The notes under the pieces were generated by a model, which saw nothing but the letters and a program-made list of their open reading frames with translations, had not been told where the DNA came from and ran no database searches. DNA of 45,864 nucleotides from an uncultured Bacteroides sp. (GTDB lineage: Bacteria > Bacteroidota > Bacteroidia > Bacteroidales > SM23-62). The DNA lies in contig CAYZEZ010000002.1 of NCBI GenBank assembly GCA_964477295.1, positions 1 to 45,864 on the forward strand. Direction: 5' to 3'. Position 1 is the first letter of the stretch. Each line of letters opens with the position of its first letter. This document shows, piece after piece, positions 8,428 to 16,354 of this stretch. The translations under genes and the position numbers were made by a program.

Positions 8428-9072
8428 TTAGTCTGGTAGTTTTCTGATAAGGGAAATACCATCCCTGATGGGAAGGATAACATTTTCAACTCTGTTGTCT
8501 TTACGGATCATTTCGTTAAACGCGAGGATCCCTTTTGTATAATGGTCATTGCTGCCTGTTGGATGAATAACTTTCCCGCTCCAGAGCACATTATCGGCCA
8601 GGATAAATCCTCCCGGTTTTACTTTTCGCAATACCAGGTTAAAATAATCAATATATTCGTCCTTTTCAGCATCAATGTAAACCAGATCAAATTCTTGACC
8701 CATACAAGGGACAATATCTTTTGCGTCACCTGTAAACATTATAATTGAACTGTCCATCCCGGCTTTTCGAATAAATGTTAAGGCCAGTTCCTTAACTTCT
8801 TCATCAATATCAACAGTAAATACCTGTCCGCCAGGCTTCAGCCCACGGGCGAGACAAATGGCTGAATAACCCGTAAAAGTCCCTATTTCAAGGATATTTT
8901 CCGGTTCGATCATACGGCTTATCATTTCCAGGAATTTTCCCTGAATTTGACCTGCAATCATGTGCGGATGAACTGTTTTATTATAGGTTTGCCGGTATAA
9001 TTCGGCCAGGACTTTATCTTCGGGTGATGAATGGTCGTTGATGTATTTTTCAATTCCGGTATCGGTAATCAT
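8428..9072 (-). CDS. Class I SAM-dependent O-methyltransferase (caffeoyl-CoA OMT-like)
   Basis: Motif I ILEIGTFTGYS, then DLVYIDAEKDEY and GGFILADNVLWSG. 214 aa. Confidence 0.85.
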   Translation of the reverse strand: MITDTGIEKYINDHSSPEDKVLAELYRQTYNKTVHPHMIAGQIQGKFLEMISRMIEPENILEIGTFTGYSAICLARGLKPGGQVFTVDIDEEVKELALTFIRKAGMDSSIIMFTGDAKDIVPCMGQEFDLVYIDAEKDEYIDYFNLVLRKVKPGGFILADNVLWSGKVIHPTGSNDHYTKGILAFNEMIRKDNRVENVILPIRDGISLIRKLPD

Positions 9073-9157
9073 GATTAAGTATATTTGTATAGAGGCCCGG
9101 TATCGTTCATCGTTCCTTTTTGGTGTGGGAGGTGGATTTTGGTCACTCCTTTGAAAA

Positions 9158-10378
9158 TTAAAGGTATGTCAGGACAGAAAGGTTCTTTTTATCAAGTATA
9201 TCATTAGCAATCTCCATTATTTCTTCAGAGGTAATCTGATCGATTTGCCGGCTGATCTCAGCCAGGCTGTCCACTTTATCAAACACCAGGTAGCTTTTCG
9301 CCATGCTCAGCATAAGGCTTTCATGATTCTCTGCAGAGATGGCAATAATCCCCATCAGTTGTTTCCTGGCTCTCGACAATTGCATCGTACCAAGTTTGTT
9401 CATGCTGATCTTCCGAAACTCCTTCAACACAGCATCCCGGCTGCGTTCCAGTTTAGATTTTTCACAACTGAAATAAACCATCATTACCCCTGTATCGGTA
9501 TAGGGTGTGTAATGAGATTCAGAATGGTAGGAATACCCGTTCTTTTCCCTGAGTGTCATATTCAACCTGGTTTTTAATCCCGGACCACCCAGGATATTAT
9601 TCAGAAGATGCAATCCTAACCTCCTTTCATCGGGCAATGTATAAGCCCTGCTGCCTATAATCGAATGTGCCTGGAACGTTTCTTTCTCAATAATTGTATC
9701 CGCAGGGGTATATGACGAAATTCCTGACCTGGCACGCTTCCTGGATTTATCAAGTACCTGTCCGAAATGTTTTTCTGCAGCCTTGATGAACCTGTTAAAG
9801 GGGACATTACCAACCAGGCAAACAACCATTTCCTGAGTGGAATAGTTTTCCCTTACGAACCTGGAAATTTCATTCATCCCAATTTTGCCGAGTGATTCAG
9901 GAGTTCCCAGTATATTCCGACCAATGGGATGGCCATAAAAAATCATCTCTTCAAAATCGTCGAAAATCAGTTCACCCGGATTATCGAAGCACGAATTGAT
10001 CTCATCGACAATTACCTCTTTTTCCCTGATAATTTCCTTTCCCGGGAAAACCGAATTGAACATGACATCATAAAGAAGTTCAAGTGCCCTGGCATAGTCG
10101 TGTTTCATAAATGAAGCATAAACACAGGTTTCTTCCTTTGTGGTATAAGCATTGATCTCTCCGCCAACATCTTCAAGCCGGCTGATGACATGGTAGGCTT
10201 TGCGTTTCCTGGTACCCTTGAATATCATATGTTCAACCAGGTGGGCCATTCCGTGCTCCTGCTCCTCCTCGTCGCGTGATCCTGTTCCCGACAGCAATCC
10301 AACATGGGCTATCATGCTGTTGGTTTTCAGGTGGATCAGCCGTATACCGTTTGACAGGATATGTGTACTGTAATTCAT
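9158..10378 (-). CDS. M16 (pitrilysin/insulinase) family zinc peptidase
   Basis: Inverted zincin motif HxxEH (HLVEHMIFKGT). 406 aa, typical two-domain length. Confidence 0.88.
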   Translation of the reverse strand: MNYSTHILSNGIRLIHLKTNSMIAHVGLLSGTGSRDEEEQEHGMAHLVEHMIFKGTRKRKAYHVISRLEDVGGEINAYTTKEETCVYASFMKHDYARALELLYDVMFNSVFPGKEIIREKEVIVDEINSCFDNPGELIFDDFEEMIFYGHPIGRNILGTPESLGKIGMNEISRFVRENYSTQEMVVCLVGNVPFNRFIKAAEKHFGQVLDKSRKRARSGISSYTPADTIIEKETFQAHSIIGSRAYTLPDERRLGLHLLNNILGGPGLKTRLNMTLREKNGYSYHSESHYTPYTDTGVMMVYFSCEKSKLERSRDAVLKEFRKISMNKLGTMQLSRARKQLMGIIAISAENHESLMLSMAKSYLVFDKVDSLAEISRQIDQITSEEIMEIANDILDKKNLSVLTYL

Positions 10379-10498
10379 TGGGCAAATGTAGTAAGGAAAA
10401 ATGATAAACTGATCCCTGTAAACAAAACTGAAAATTACTCTTTAAGTCAATGGACAGGTGATGGTGGGGTGCGTAATGGAAAACAGAAAAACCGACGA

Positions 10499-11323
10499 TC
10501 ACAAGATTCTCTGTTGATATCCCCATCCCGGATGGTTGAAAATATAATTCAATGCTTCGCCAGGCGATCTGGATCTCACAATGTCTTTTCCGATGGCAAT
10601 AAATTCATGGAACATGATGTTGGGAACGGTTTGCCTGTCGATATTTTTTGTAATGCCAAACTTCACAGGTGCGGTCTCTTTTCTGAATGTCCTGAACAGC
10701 CTGTCCCAGATGATCAGTATGGCGCCATAATTTTTATCGATATACTCGGGGTTGCTTCCATGGTGTACCCTGTGGTGGGAGGGGGTGTTTAGAAACCATT
10801 CAAACACATTCAATGATTTGATGGTCTGTGTATGAACGAACAGCTGGTAGAAGTAAGCAATGGAATCCATCAGGATAATGGCAACTGGATCAAATCCGAT
10901 CAGCGCAATAGGCGTCCAAAAGAATAATCTAAAAGTCTGGATAAGAAAATTATTGCGGACAGATGTGCTGAAATTGTAACGGGTGGAACTGTGGTGTGCC
11001 ACATGAAAGGCCCATAAAATTCTTACCACATGGCTCATACGGTGGAATGTATAAAATACCAGGTCATTGATCAGGAGCAGGATTATCCATGACCACCATA
11101 CCATTCCTATGTTAAAAAGGGCAATTTTATTGCATAAGGTGAACAATCCAATAAAAACACCTTTGATAATGAACATGAACAGTGTAGTGAGTAATCCCAG
11201 GATAATATTATTTATGAAGTCTTTACCCTGATATAGCTTGCGGTTGCTTTTTGAGGCAATGAGCAACTCGATGGCCACAACCACGAAAAAGATCCCGTAT
11301 GCTATGAAATGTTGAGGGTCCAC
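10499..11323 (-). CDS. Sterol desaturase / fatty acid hydroxylase superfamily membrane protein
   Basis: Histidine boxes HRMSH, HVAHH and HHRVHH, with 4-5 TM segments. Apparent GTG start. Confidence 0.8.
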   Translation of the reverse strand: MDPQHFIAYGIFFVVVAIELLIASKSNRKLYQGKDFINNIILGLLTTLFMFIIKGVFIGLFTLCNKIALFNIGMVWWSWIILLLINDLVFYTFHRMSHVVRILWAFHVAHHSSTRYNFSTSVRNNFLIQTFRLFFWTPIALIGFDPVAIILMDSIAYFYQLFVHTQTIKSLNVFEWFLNTPSHHRVHHGSNPEYIDKNYGAILIIWDRLFRTFRKETAPVKFGITKNIDRQTVPNIMFHEFIAIGKDIVRSRSPGEALNYIFNHPGWGYQQRIL

Positions 11324-11396
11324 AGAAGAAATGGATCTTTAAGTAAAGGTATTGTTTTATTTTCATATTTCAAATCAGGAAACCGCACCTGATACG

Positions 11397-11431
11397 ATAA
11401 AAATCCCTGCAGATGATTGATCTGCAGGGAT
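11397..11431 (-). terminator. Terminator hairpin downstream of glnII
   Basis: 12-bp perfect stem ATCCCTGCAGAT/ATCTGCAGGGAT with a 5-nt loop. On the minus strand it is followed by TTTTAT. Confidence 0.7.
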
Positions 11432-11477
11432 CTCAAAATTACTGTATGTCAATAAAAATCTAACCTGAAGTCAAGGG

Positions 11478-12524
11478 TCAGGCGCTCATCTGCTTCTCTT
11501 TTGTGTTTACGCCGGTTGCTTCGACAGATCTTACTGTCTGGATAATCCTCGCAGCTACTTTGTAAGGATCTGCATTTGATGCGGGCCTCCGGTCTTCCAG
11601 CCTCCCTTTCCAGCCATTTTCAATGGTACTGATAGGGATACGAATGGAGGCACCACGGTCTGAAATGCCATAGGAGAATTTATCTATTGATTGTGTTTCA
11701 TGATGTCCTGTCAGGCGCTGGTCATTATCAGCTCCGTAAACAGCAATATGGGCCTGGATATTATTACCAAAGGCTTCGCAAATCTCTGTAAATATTTTTT
11801 CGTTACCAGCTGATCTCATCGTTCCGTTGGAGAAATTGGCATGCATACCAGATCCGTTCCAGTCACCTTTAACCGGTTTTGGGTGGAGGTTAATGCGCAC
11901 GCCAAACTTTTCTCCGACTCTTTCGGCAAGGTATCTTGCAATCCATACCTGGTCTCCGGCCTCTTTCGCTCCTTTTGCAAAGATCTGGTATTCCCACTGT
12001 CCTTTCATTACCTCTGCATTTATCCCTTCAATATTCAAACCAGCTTCAATACATGCATCCAGGTGTTCTTCGACCAGTTGCCTTCCTACAACGAATTCTG
12101 CACCAACCGAACAATAGAATGGACCCTGCGGTGGAGGGAAATATCCTGGCGCAGGAAATCCCATTGGTGTATGGTGATCAAGATCCCACAACACATATTC
12201 CTGTTCAAACCCAAACCAGAAATCTTCATCGTCGTCATCAATAGTCGCTCTTCCATTTGATTCATGGGGAGACCCATCGGCATTCATAACTTCTGTCATT
12301 ACCAGGTAGCCGTTTTTCCTTTGGGGATCAGGGCATACAAAAACGGGTTTCAGCACGCAATCTGAATCATTTCCTGCTGCCTGATCGGTTGAAGATCCAT
12401 CGAAATTCCATATTGGACAATTCTCAAGCTTTCCGTCGAAGTCGGATACTACGAGTGTTTTACCTCTCATCATCTGGGTAGGCTTATAACCATCGAGCCA
12501 GATGTACTCTAATTTTGATCTCAT
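11478..12524 (-). CDS. glnII: Glutamine synthetase type II
   Basis: The 348-aa product is collinear by eye with GSII: KLEYIWLDGY, FDGSST, SDCVLKPV, WFGFEQEY, GINAEVMKGQWEYQIF, DWNGSGMHANFS, YGADNDQRLTGHHET, RGASIRIP, LEDRRPASNADPY. Confidence 0.93.
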   Translation of the reverse strand: MRSKLEYIWLDGYKPTQMMRGKTLVVSDFDGKLENCPIWNFDGSSTDQAAGNDSDCVLKPVFVCPDPQRKNGYLVMTEVMNADGSPHESNGRATIDDDDEDFWFGFEQEYVLWDLDHHTPMGFPAPGYFPPPQGPFYCSVGAEFVVGRQLVEEHLDACIEAGLNIEGINAEVMKGQWEYQIFAKGAKEAGDQVWIARYLAERVGEKFGVRINLHPKPVKGDWNGSGMHANFSNGTMRSAGNEKIFTEICEAFGNNIQAHIAVYGADNDQRLTGHHETQSIDKFSYGISDRGASIRIPISTIENGWKGRLEDRRPASNADPYKVAARIIQTVRSVEATGVNTKEKQMSA

Positions 12525-12619
12525 AATGTTTTATTGATTAATGTAATAATTATATAGTATTTTTATCTTACCCCCTATTATATTCATAATTATATTTTAA
12601 AACATAATAAATAATTTGA

Positions 12620-12627
12620 CAAATATA
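12620..12627 (-). promoter_or_regulatory. Candidate -7 box TATATTTG upstream of glnII
   Basis: Exact TAnnTTTG on the minus strand, 95 nt upstream of the ATG, in an AT-rich spacer. Confidence 0.4.
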
Positions 12628-12809
12628 ATATATTTATGAAGTCGTAAAAAAATATATATATAATATTTTAATAAATTGACAACTTTTTAACTACCTCCCC
12701 ATTTTAGATATTGGATCCCCATGAAAGTCCTTTATTTATTGATGGTGATTTTGATGGGCTTAATAGAATTTATTTTATATTTTTCAGTTTCAATCGAAAA
12801 AACCGAAAA

Positions 12810-13685
12810 ATGAAAAGCTATATTGACCAGGAAATATGTAAGCAATGCGAACATTGCATTGAGGTGTGCCCTTGTAACATACTGGGAACAGATACACAGG
12901 AAAACGTGTATTTCATCCCTGAACGGCAGTCAATCTGTTTGAAATGTGGCCATTGTATGGCTATCTGTACTACAAAAGCAATATCTATAGAAGGGTTGTC
13001 GTATGATAAGGATTTTTTTGAGTTGCCCGATATCAGTATCGACCATAAAAATTTTATTGATTTTCTTGCGAACCGGCGTTCTATACGAAATTTTAAGGAT
13101 AAACCGGTTTCAGATGAGGTTATTAAACAAATTCTGGATCCCATATCTTATGCCCCATTCGGAGCGAAACCAGAGAAAGTAAATATAACAGTGGTTAATA
13201 ACAGGGATAAAATAGAATCTGCTTTGCCATATATTGCAGACTTCCTGGATAATATTGTAAAATGGATTGAAAATCCGGTCGCTTCCTTTATGATAAAGAG
13301 GAGAAACAGCGAGGAAACTTTCAGTACCATAAAAAATCATTTATATCCAATTGCCAGGCTGGGAAATTACAAATTGGAATATGGAGACAGGATTACAAGG
13401 AATGCGCCTGCCATAATCATTTTCCATGCTGATAAAAATGCAGAAGAATATACACATAATTCACTGATATATGCCACATATATGATACTGTCGGCACATT
13501 CTCTTGGATTAGGAGCATGTATGATTAGTCTCGTTCCTGCAGCCATTAATAAAGTAAAAGAGGTCAGGGGTATTTTTTCTATACCGGAAGAACACACAGC
13601 GATTATTTCTGTGATTGTCGGGTACCCGAAATATAAATTTAAAAGGGCCATCAAAAGGCCGGTCCAGGTTATTAATTACGTCTGA
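12810..13685 (+). CDS. Ferredoxin-fused nitroreductase family protein
   Basis: Two 4Fe-4S motifs (CKQCEHCIEVCP, CLKCGHCMAIC) followed by a nitroreductase-type domain (RRSIRNF...). The track start 12711 is TTG; ATG 12810 (MKSYIDQEIC) is preferred. Confidence 0.8.
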   Translation: MKSYIDQEICKQCEHCIEVCPCNILGTDTQENVYFIPERQSICLKCGHCMAICTTKAISIEGLSYDKDFFELPDISIDHKNFIDFLANRRSIRNFKDKPVSDEVIKQILDPISYAPFGAKPEKVNITVVNNRDKIESALPYIADFLDNIVKWIENPVASFMIKRRNSEETFSTIKNHLYPIARLGNYKLEYGDRITRNAPAIIIFHADKNAEEYTHNSLIYATYMILSAHSLGLGACMISLVPAAINKVKEVRGIFSIPEEHTAIISVIVGYPKYKFKRAIKRPVQVINYV

Positions 13686-13741
13686 AAACAACCAGGTATA
13701 GAATCATAATAATCTTCAGGTGCCTATATCTGAATGACCAA

Positions 13742-13839
13742 AATTAATTTAAGTTGCTAGTTACGAGTTACTGGCACCTGGTACCTGGCACCTGGCACCT
13801 GGCAACTAGCCCCTAGTACCCATCAACTGGAGTTAATTA
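13742..13839 (+). repeat. Intergenic palindromic element, long form (12 degenerate heptamers between AT-rich inverted ends)
   Basis: Ends are AATTAATTTAAGTTG and CAACTGGAGTTAATTA. The core is AAGTTGC TAGTTAC GAGTTAC TGGCACC TGGTACC TGGCACC TGGCACC TGGCAAC TAGCCCC TAGTACC CATCAAC TGGAGTT. It is related to 21842-21890. Confidence 0.8.
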
Positions 13840-14231
13840 ATATAAACCAGATACCCCGGTCCTGATTTAAAAAATCAGAGCATAGAGTCATTATTCATTA
13901 ACCATCCATTTCCTGTTGTTGTATCTGTTACATTTTCAGATATTTGCGGCCAAGTCCTATTTATATGTTATTTTAACCTGCAAAAATAGGATAAACAGGT
14001 ATTAATATCATAAATTTAATCAGTTTAATATGGGTGGGCAAAAAATACCGCCGGATGGCAATAGCGCTGCAGGTACTCGCGAGGTATGTGGCTATTCAGT
14101 TTTTCAGGCAGAAAATATGGAGGAAGCGAAAGCTTTAGCGTAAGTTTCCGAACTCAGGAACTCGCATCCTTGCCGCTTACAGCGAGGAGTTTCAATTATA
14201 ACATATATTTTAATTAAAAAGGAATACTAAA

Positions 14232-14510
14232 ATGGAGAAGTTTCTTATTGAAGTCCCGCATGAGCCCACTGAAGCTGCATGTGTAAATGCCGTAAGAATT
14301 TTTTATCAAACAGGTTCTCACTTCCTCGCCAATGCCGACTGGGGGTGTCATGATGGTGAACATAAAGCCTGGCTGTTAGTAGAAGTTGAAAACAAAGAGC
14401 AGGCTCTCCAGATTCTGCCTCCGGCCTTCAGACCGGATGCAAAAATTGTAATGCTCCACAAGTTCACCAGAGAAGAAATGGATAATATTGAGGAAGCTCA
14501 TATAGCATAG
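14232..14510 (+). CDS. Small hypothetical cytoplasmic protein (92 aa)
   Basis: Clean ATG ORF and the only ORF over 60 aa in a 1.3-kb gene-poor stretch. No family recognised. Confidence 0.55.
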   Translation: MEKFLIEVPHEPTEAACVNAVRIFYQTGSHFLANADWGCHDGEHKAWLLVEVENKEQALQILPPAFRPDAKIVMLHKFTREEMDNIEEAHIA

Positions 14511-15068
14511 TAATAAACGGATTCTTAACTGCTATGTGACCAGTTTGCTTTTGAGTGAGTCATAAATGAAGACCTGGCAGTAGTCAGGAAAAGATTTGTT
14601 TGGTATCTCACCTGAAATAACTTTTTAGCAGGATCCGGAAATATTAGCTATACTTACCTGACAAATTCATCTTTCCGGATGTGCATTATTGGCACCCCAT
14701 TTAAATACCTGCATCTAAGCCTTAAAATTTATAATGAAAGCAATTATTTTATTTTTCCTCCTTTTTTCGGTAATCATCGGGCATGCTCAATGTTTTATCT
14801 GTGATACCGAAAACAGAACTTAATTAATACCCATTGAATGCATCTAATGAGTTAAGTAATGCCGGCGTATTAAATAAAAGTGTAACTTTACCATAATTTA
14901 AGATTTGAGAATTTGCGCTAATATTTACTAATATCTCTTTCCACCGTTAGTTCATCACAGCTCTACTTTTTAAATCCTTATATTAAGCCCTTAAAGATCA
15001 GGGCTTTGTGATCGATGAGCTTGTTTGGGATTTGTTCCCTGCAAAACAAACTTTTAATTCATTTAAGA

Positions 15069-16148
15069 ATGAGAGAATTACGTATTGGAGATTTGAAAAT
15101 CAAGGTACCCATCATACAGGGTGGAATGGGTATTGGTATATCCATGTCAAGACTGGCAGGAGCGGTAGCGAATGAAGGTGGGGTTGGAGTGATTGCAGGT
15201 GCGTGTATCGGCATGACAGAACCCGATTATGCAAAGAATTTCATTGAGGCGAATATAAGGGCCATGAAGAAAGAAATTCAGAAAGCAAGGGAAATTACCA
15301 AGGGTGTGCTTGGTGTTAATATCATGGTTGCCCTGACCAATTTCCAGGATCTGGTAATAACAGCCATTTCAGAAGGAATAGATATTATTTTTTCCGGTGC
15401 CGGCCTGCCCATGAATTTACCCCAGTTTTTAACGAAGGGATCAAAAACCAAGCTTGTCCCGATTGTATCCTCAGGAAGGGCAGCCAGGATTTTGTGTTTG
15501 AAATGGAAAGAACATTATGATTATCTGCCCGATGCCATTGTTGTTGAAGGACCAAAAGCAGGGGGACATCTTGGATTTAAACGGGCACAGCTGGATGATC
15601 CTGAATTTGCCCTGGAACAGATCTTGCCCGATGTAATTGAGGAAGTAAGATTTTTTGAAGAAAAATACAACACTAAGATTCCTGTTATCGCAGCAGGAGG
15701 GATATATACCGGGGCCGATATTAAAAAAATAATGGATATGGGTGCAGCCGGTGTTCAGCTGGGAACACGATTTGTAACAACAGATGAATGTGATGCTTCC
15801 ATGAAGTTTAAGCAATCATACATTGATTCTTTGCAACAGGATATGGAGATCATTAACAGTCCTGTTGGTATGCCAGGCCGGGCCATTAGAAATGATTTTA
15901 TTGATAAGATAAACAGGGGGGAGAAGCGTCCTATAAAATGCCCTTATAAATGTTTAAAGACCTGTAACATTGAATCCACTCCATATTGTATCGTTGCTGC
16001 ATTGTATAATGCCATGAAAGGCAATTTCTATAATGGGTTTGCATTCGCAGGGACCAATGCGTTCATCGCCACAAAAATAATATCCGTTAAAGAAACTATT
16101 GATTCATTGATAAGTGAATTTAAGGAAGCAGTGGCAAGAAAGATTTAG
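15069..16148 (+). CDS. Nitronate monooxygenase / FabK-like FMN-dependent oxidoreductase
   Basis: PIIQGGMG near the N-terminus, VVEGPKAGGHLG, TIM-barrel NMO family. ATG 15069 (MRELRIGDL) is preferred over ATG 15015. Confidence 0.82.
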   Translation: MRELRIGDLKIKVPIIQGGMGIGISMSRLAGAVANEGGVGVIAGACIGMTEPDYAKNFIEANIRAMKKEIQKAREITKGVLGVNIMVALTNFQDLVITAISEGIDIIFSGAGLPMNLPQFLTKGSKTKLVPIVSSGRAARILCLKWKEHYDYLPDAIVVEGPKAGGHLGFKRAQLDDPEFALEQILPDVIEEVRFFEEKYNTKIPVIAAGGIYTGADIKKIMDMGAAGVQLGTRFVTTDECDASMKFKQSYIDSLQQDMEIINSPVGMPGRAIRNDFIDKINRGEKRPIKCPYKCLKTCNIESTPYCIVAALYNAMKGNFYNGFAFAGTNAFIATKIISVKETIDSLISEFKEAVARKI

Positions 16149-16329
16149 TACAATCCCTGCAAGTAAATATTCATTTTACTTTACCTTAACATTATCATCC
16201 TCAGGAAATTTTACTGGTATTATACAATCACATCAGGTAAGATCAGCAGAAAAATTGAACTGGTGTTAAAAAGTTATCCCCTGATCTGAAAAGAATTGAA
16301 AATTTCTGCTGTATGTATGCGGATTATCG

Positions 16330-16337
16330 TACATTTG
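16330..16337 (+). promoter_or_regulatory. Candidate -7 box TACATTTG for the DEAD-box helicase gene
   Basis: Exact TAnnTTTG, 17 nt before the ATG at 16355. Confidence 0.45.
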
Positions 16338-16354
16338 CGGACTAATTTAAAAAC

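Noticed and set aside
10383-10390. TACATTTG -7 box (minus strand) only 4 nt upstream of the M16 peptidase ATG
   Set aside because: A transcription start derived from it would fall inside or after the start codon, yet the residues right after M1 look conserved for the family. It is either a chance match or a leaderless mRNA, and there is not enough support to call it.
13751-13834. Possible CRISPR array or sigma-54 promoter cluster, because of repeated TGGCAC
   Set aside because: The period is 7 nt with no spacers, so it is not a CRISPR array. None of the TGGCAC copies is followed at N5 by TTGC, so they are not -24/-12 promoters. The stretch is treated as a heptamer repeat instead.
14684-14708. 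TGGCAC-N5-TTAA upstream of the 29-aa mini-ORF as a sigma-54 promoter
   Set aside because: The -12 element lacks both the G and the C of the conserved GC, and no enhancer-binding protein or plausible target gene is associated with it.
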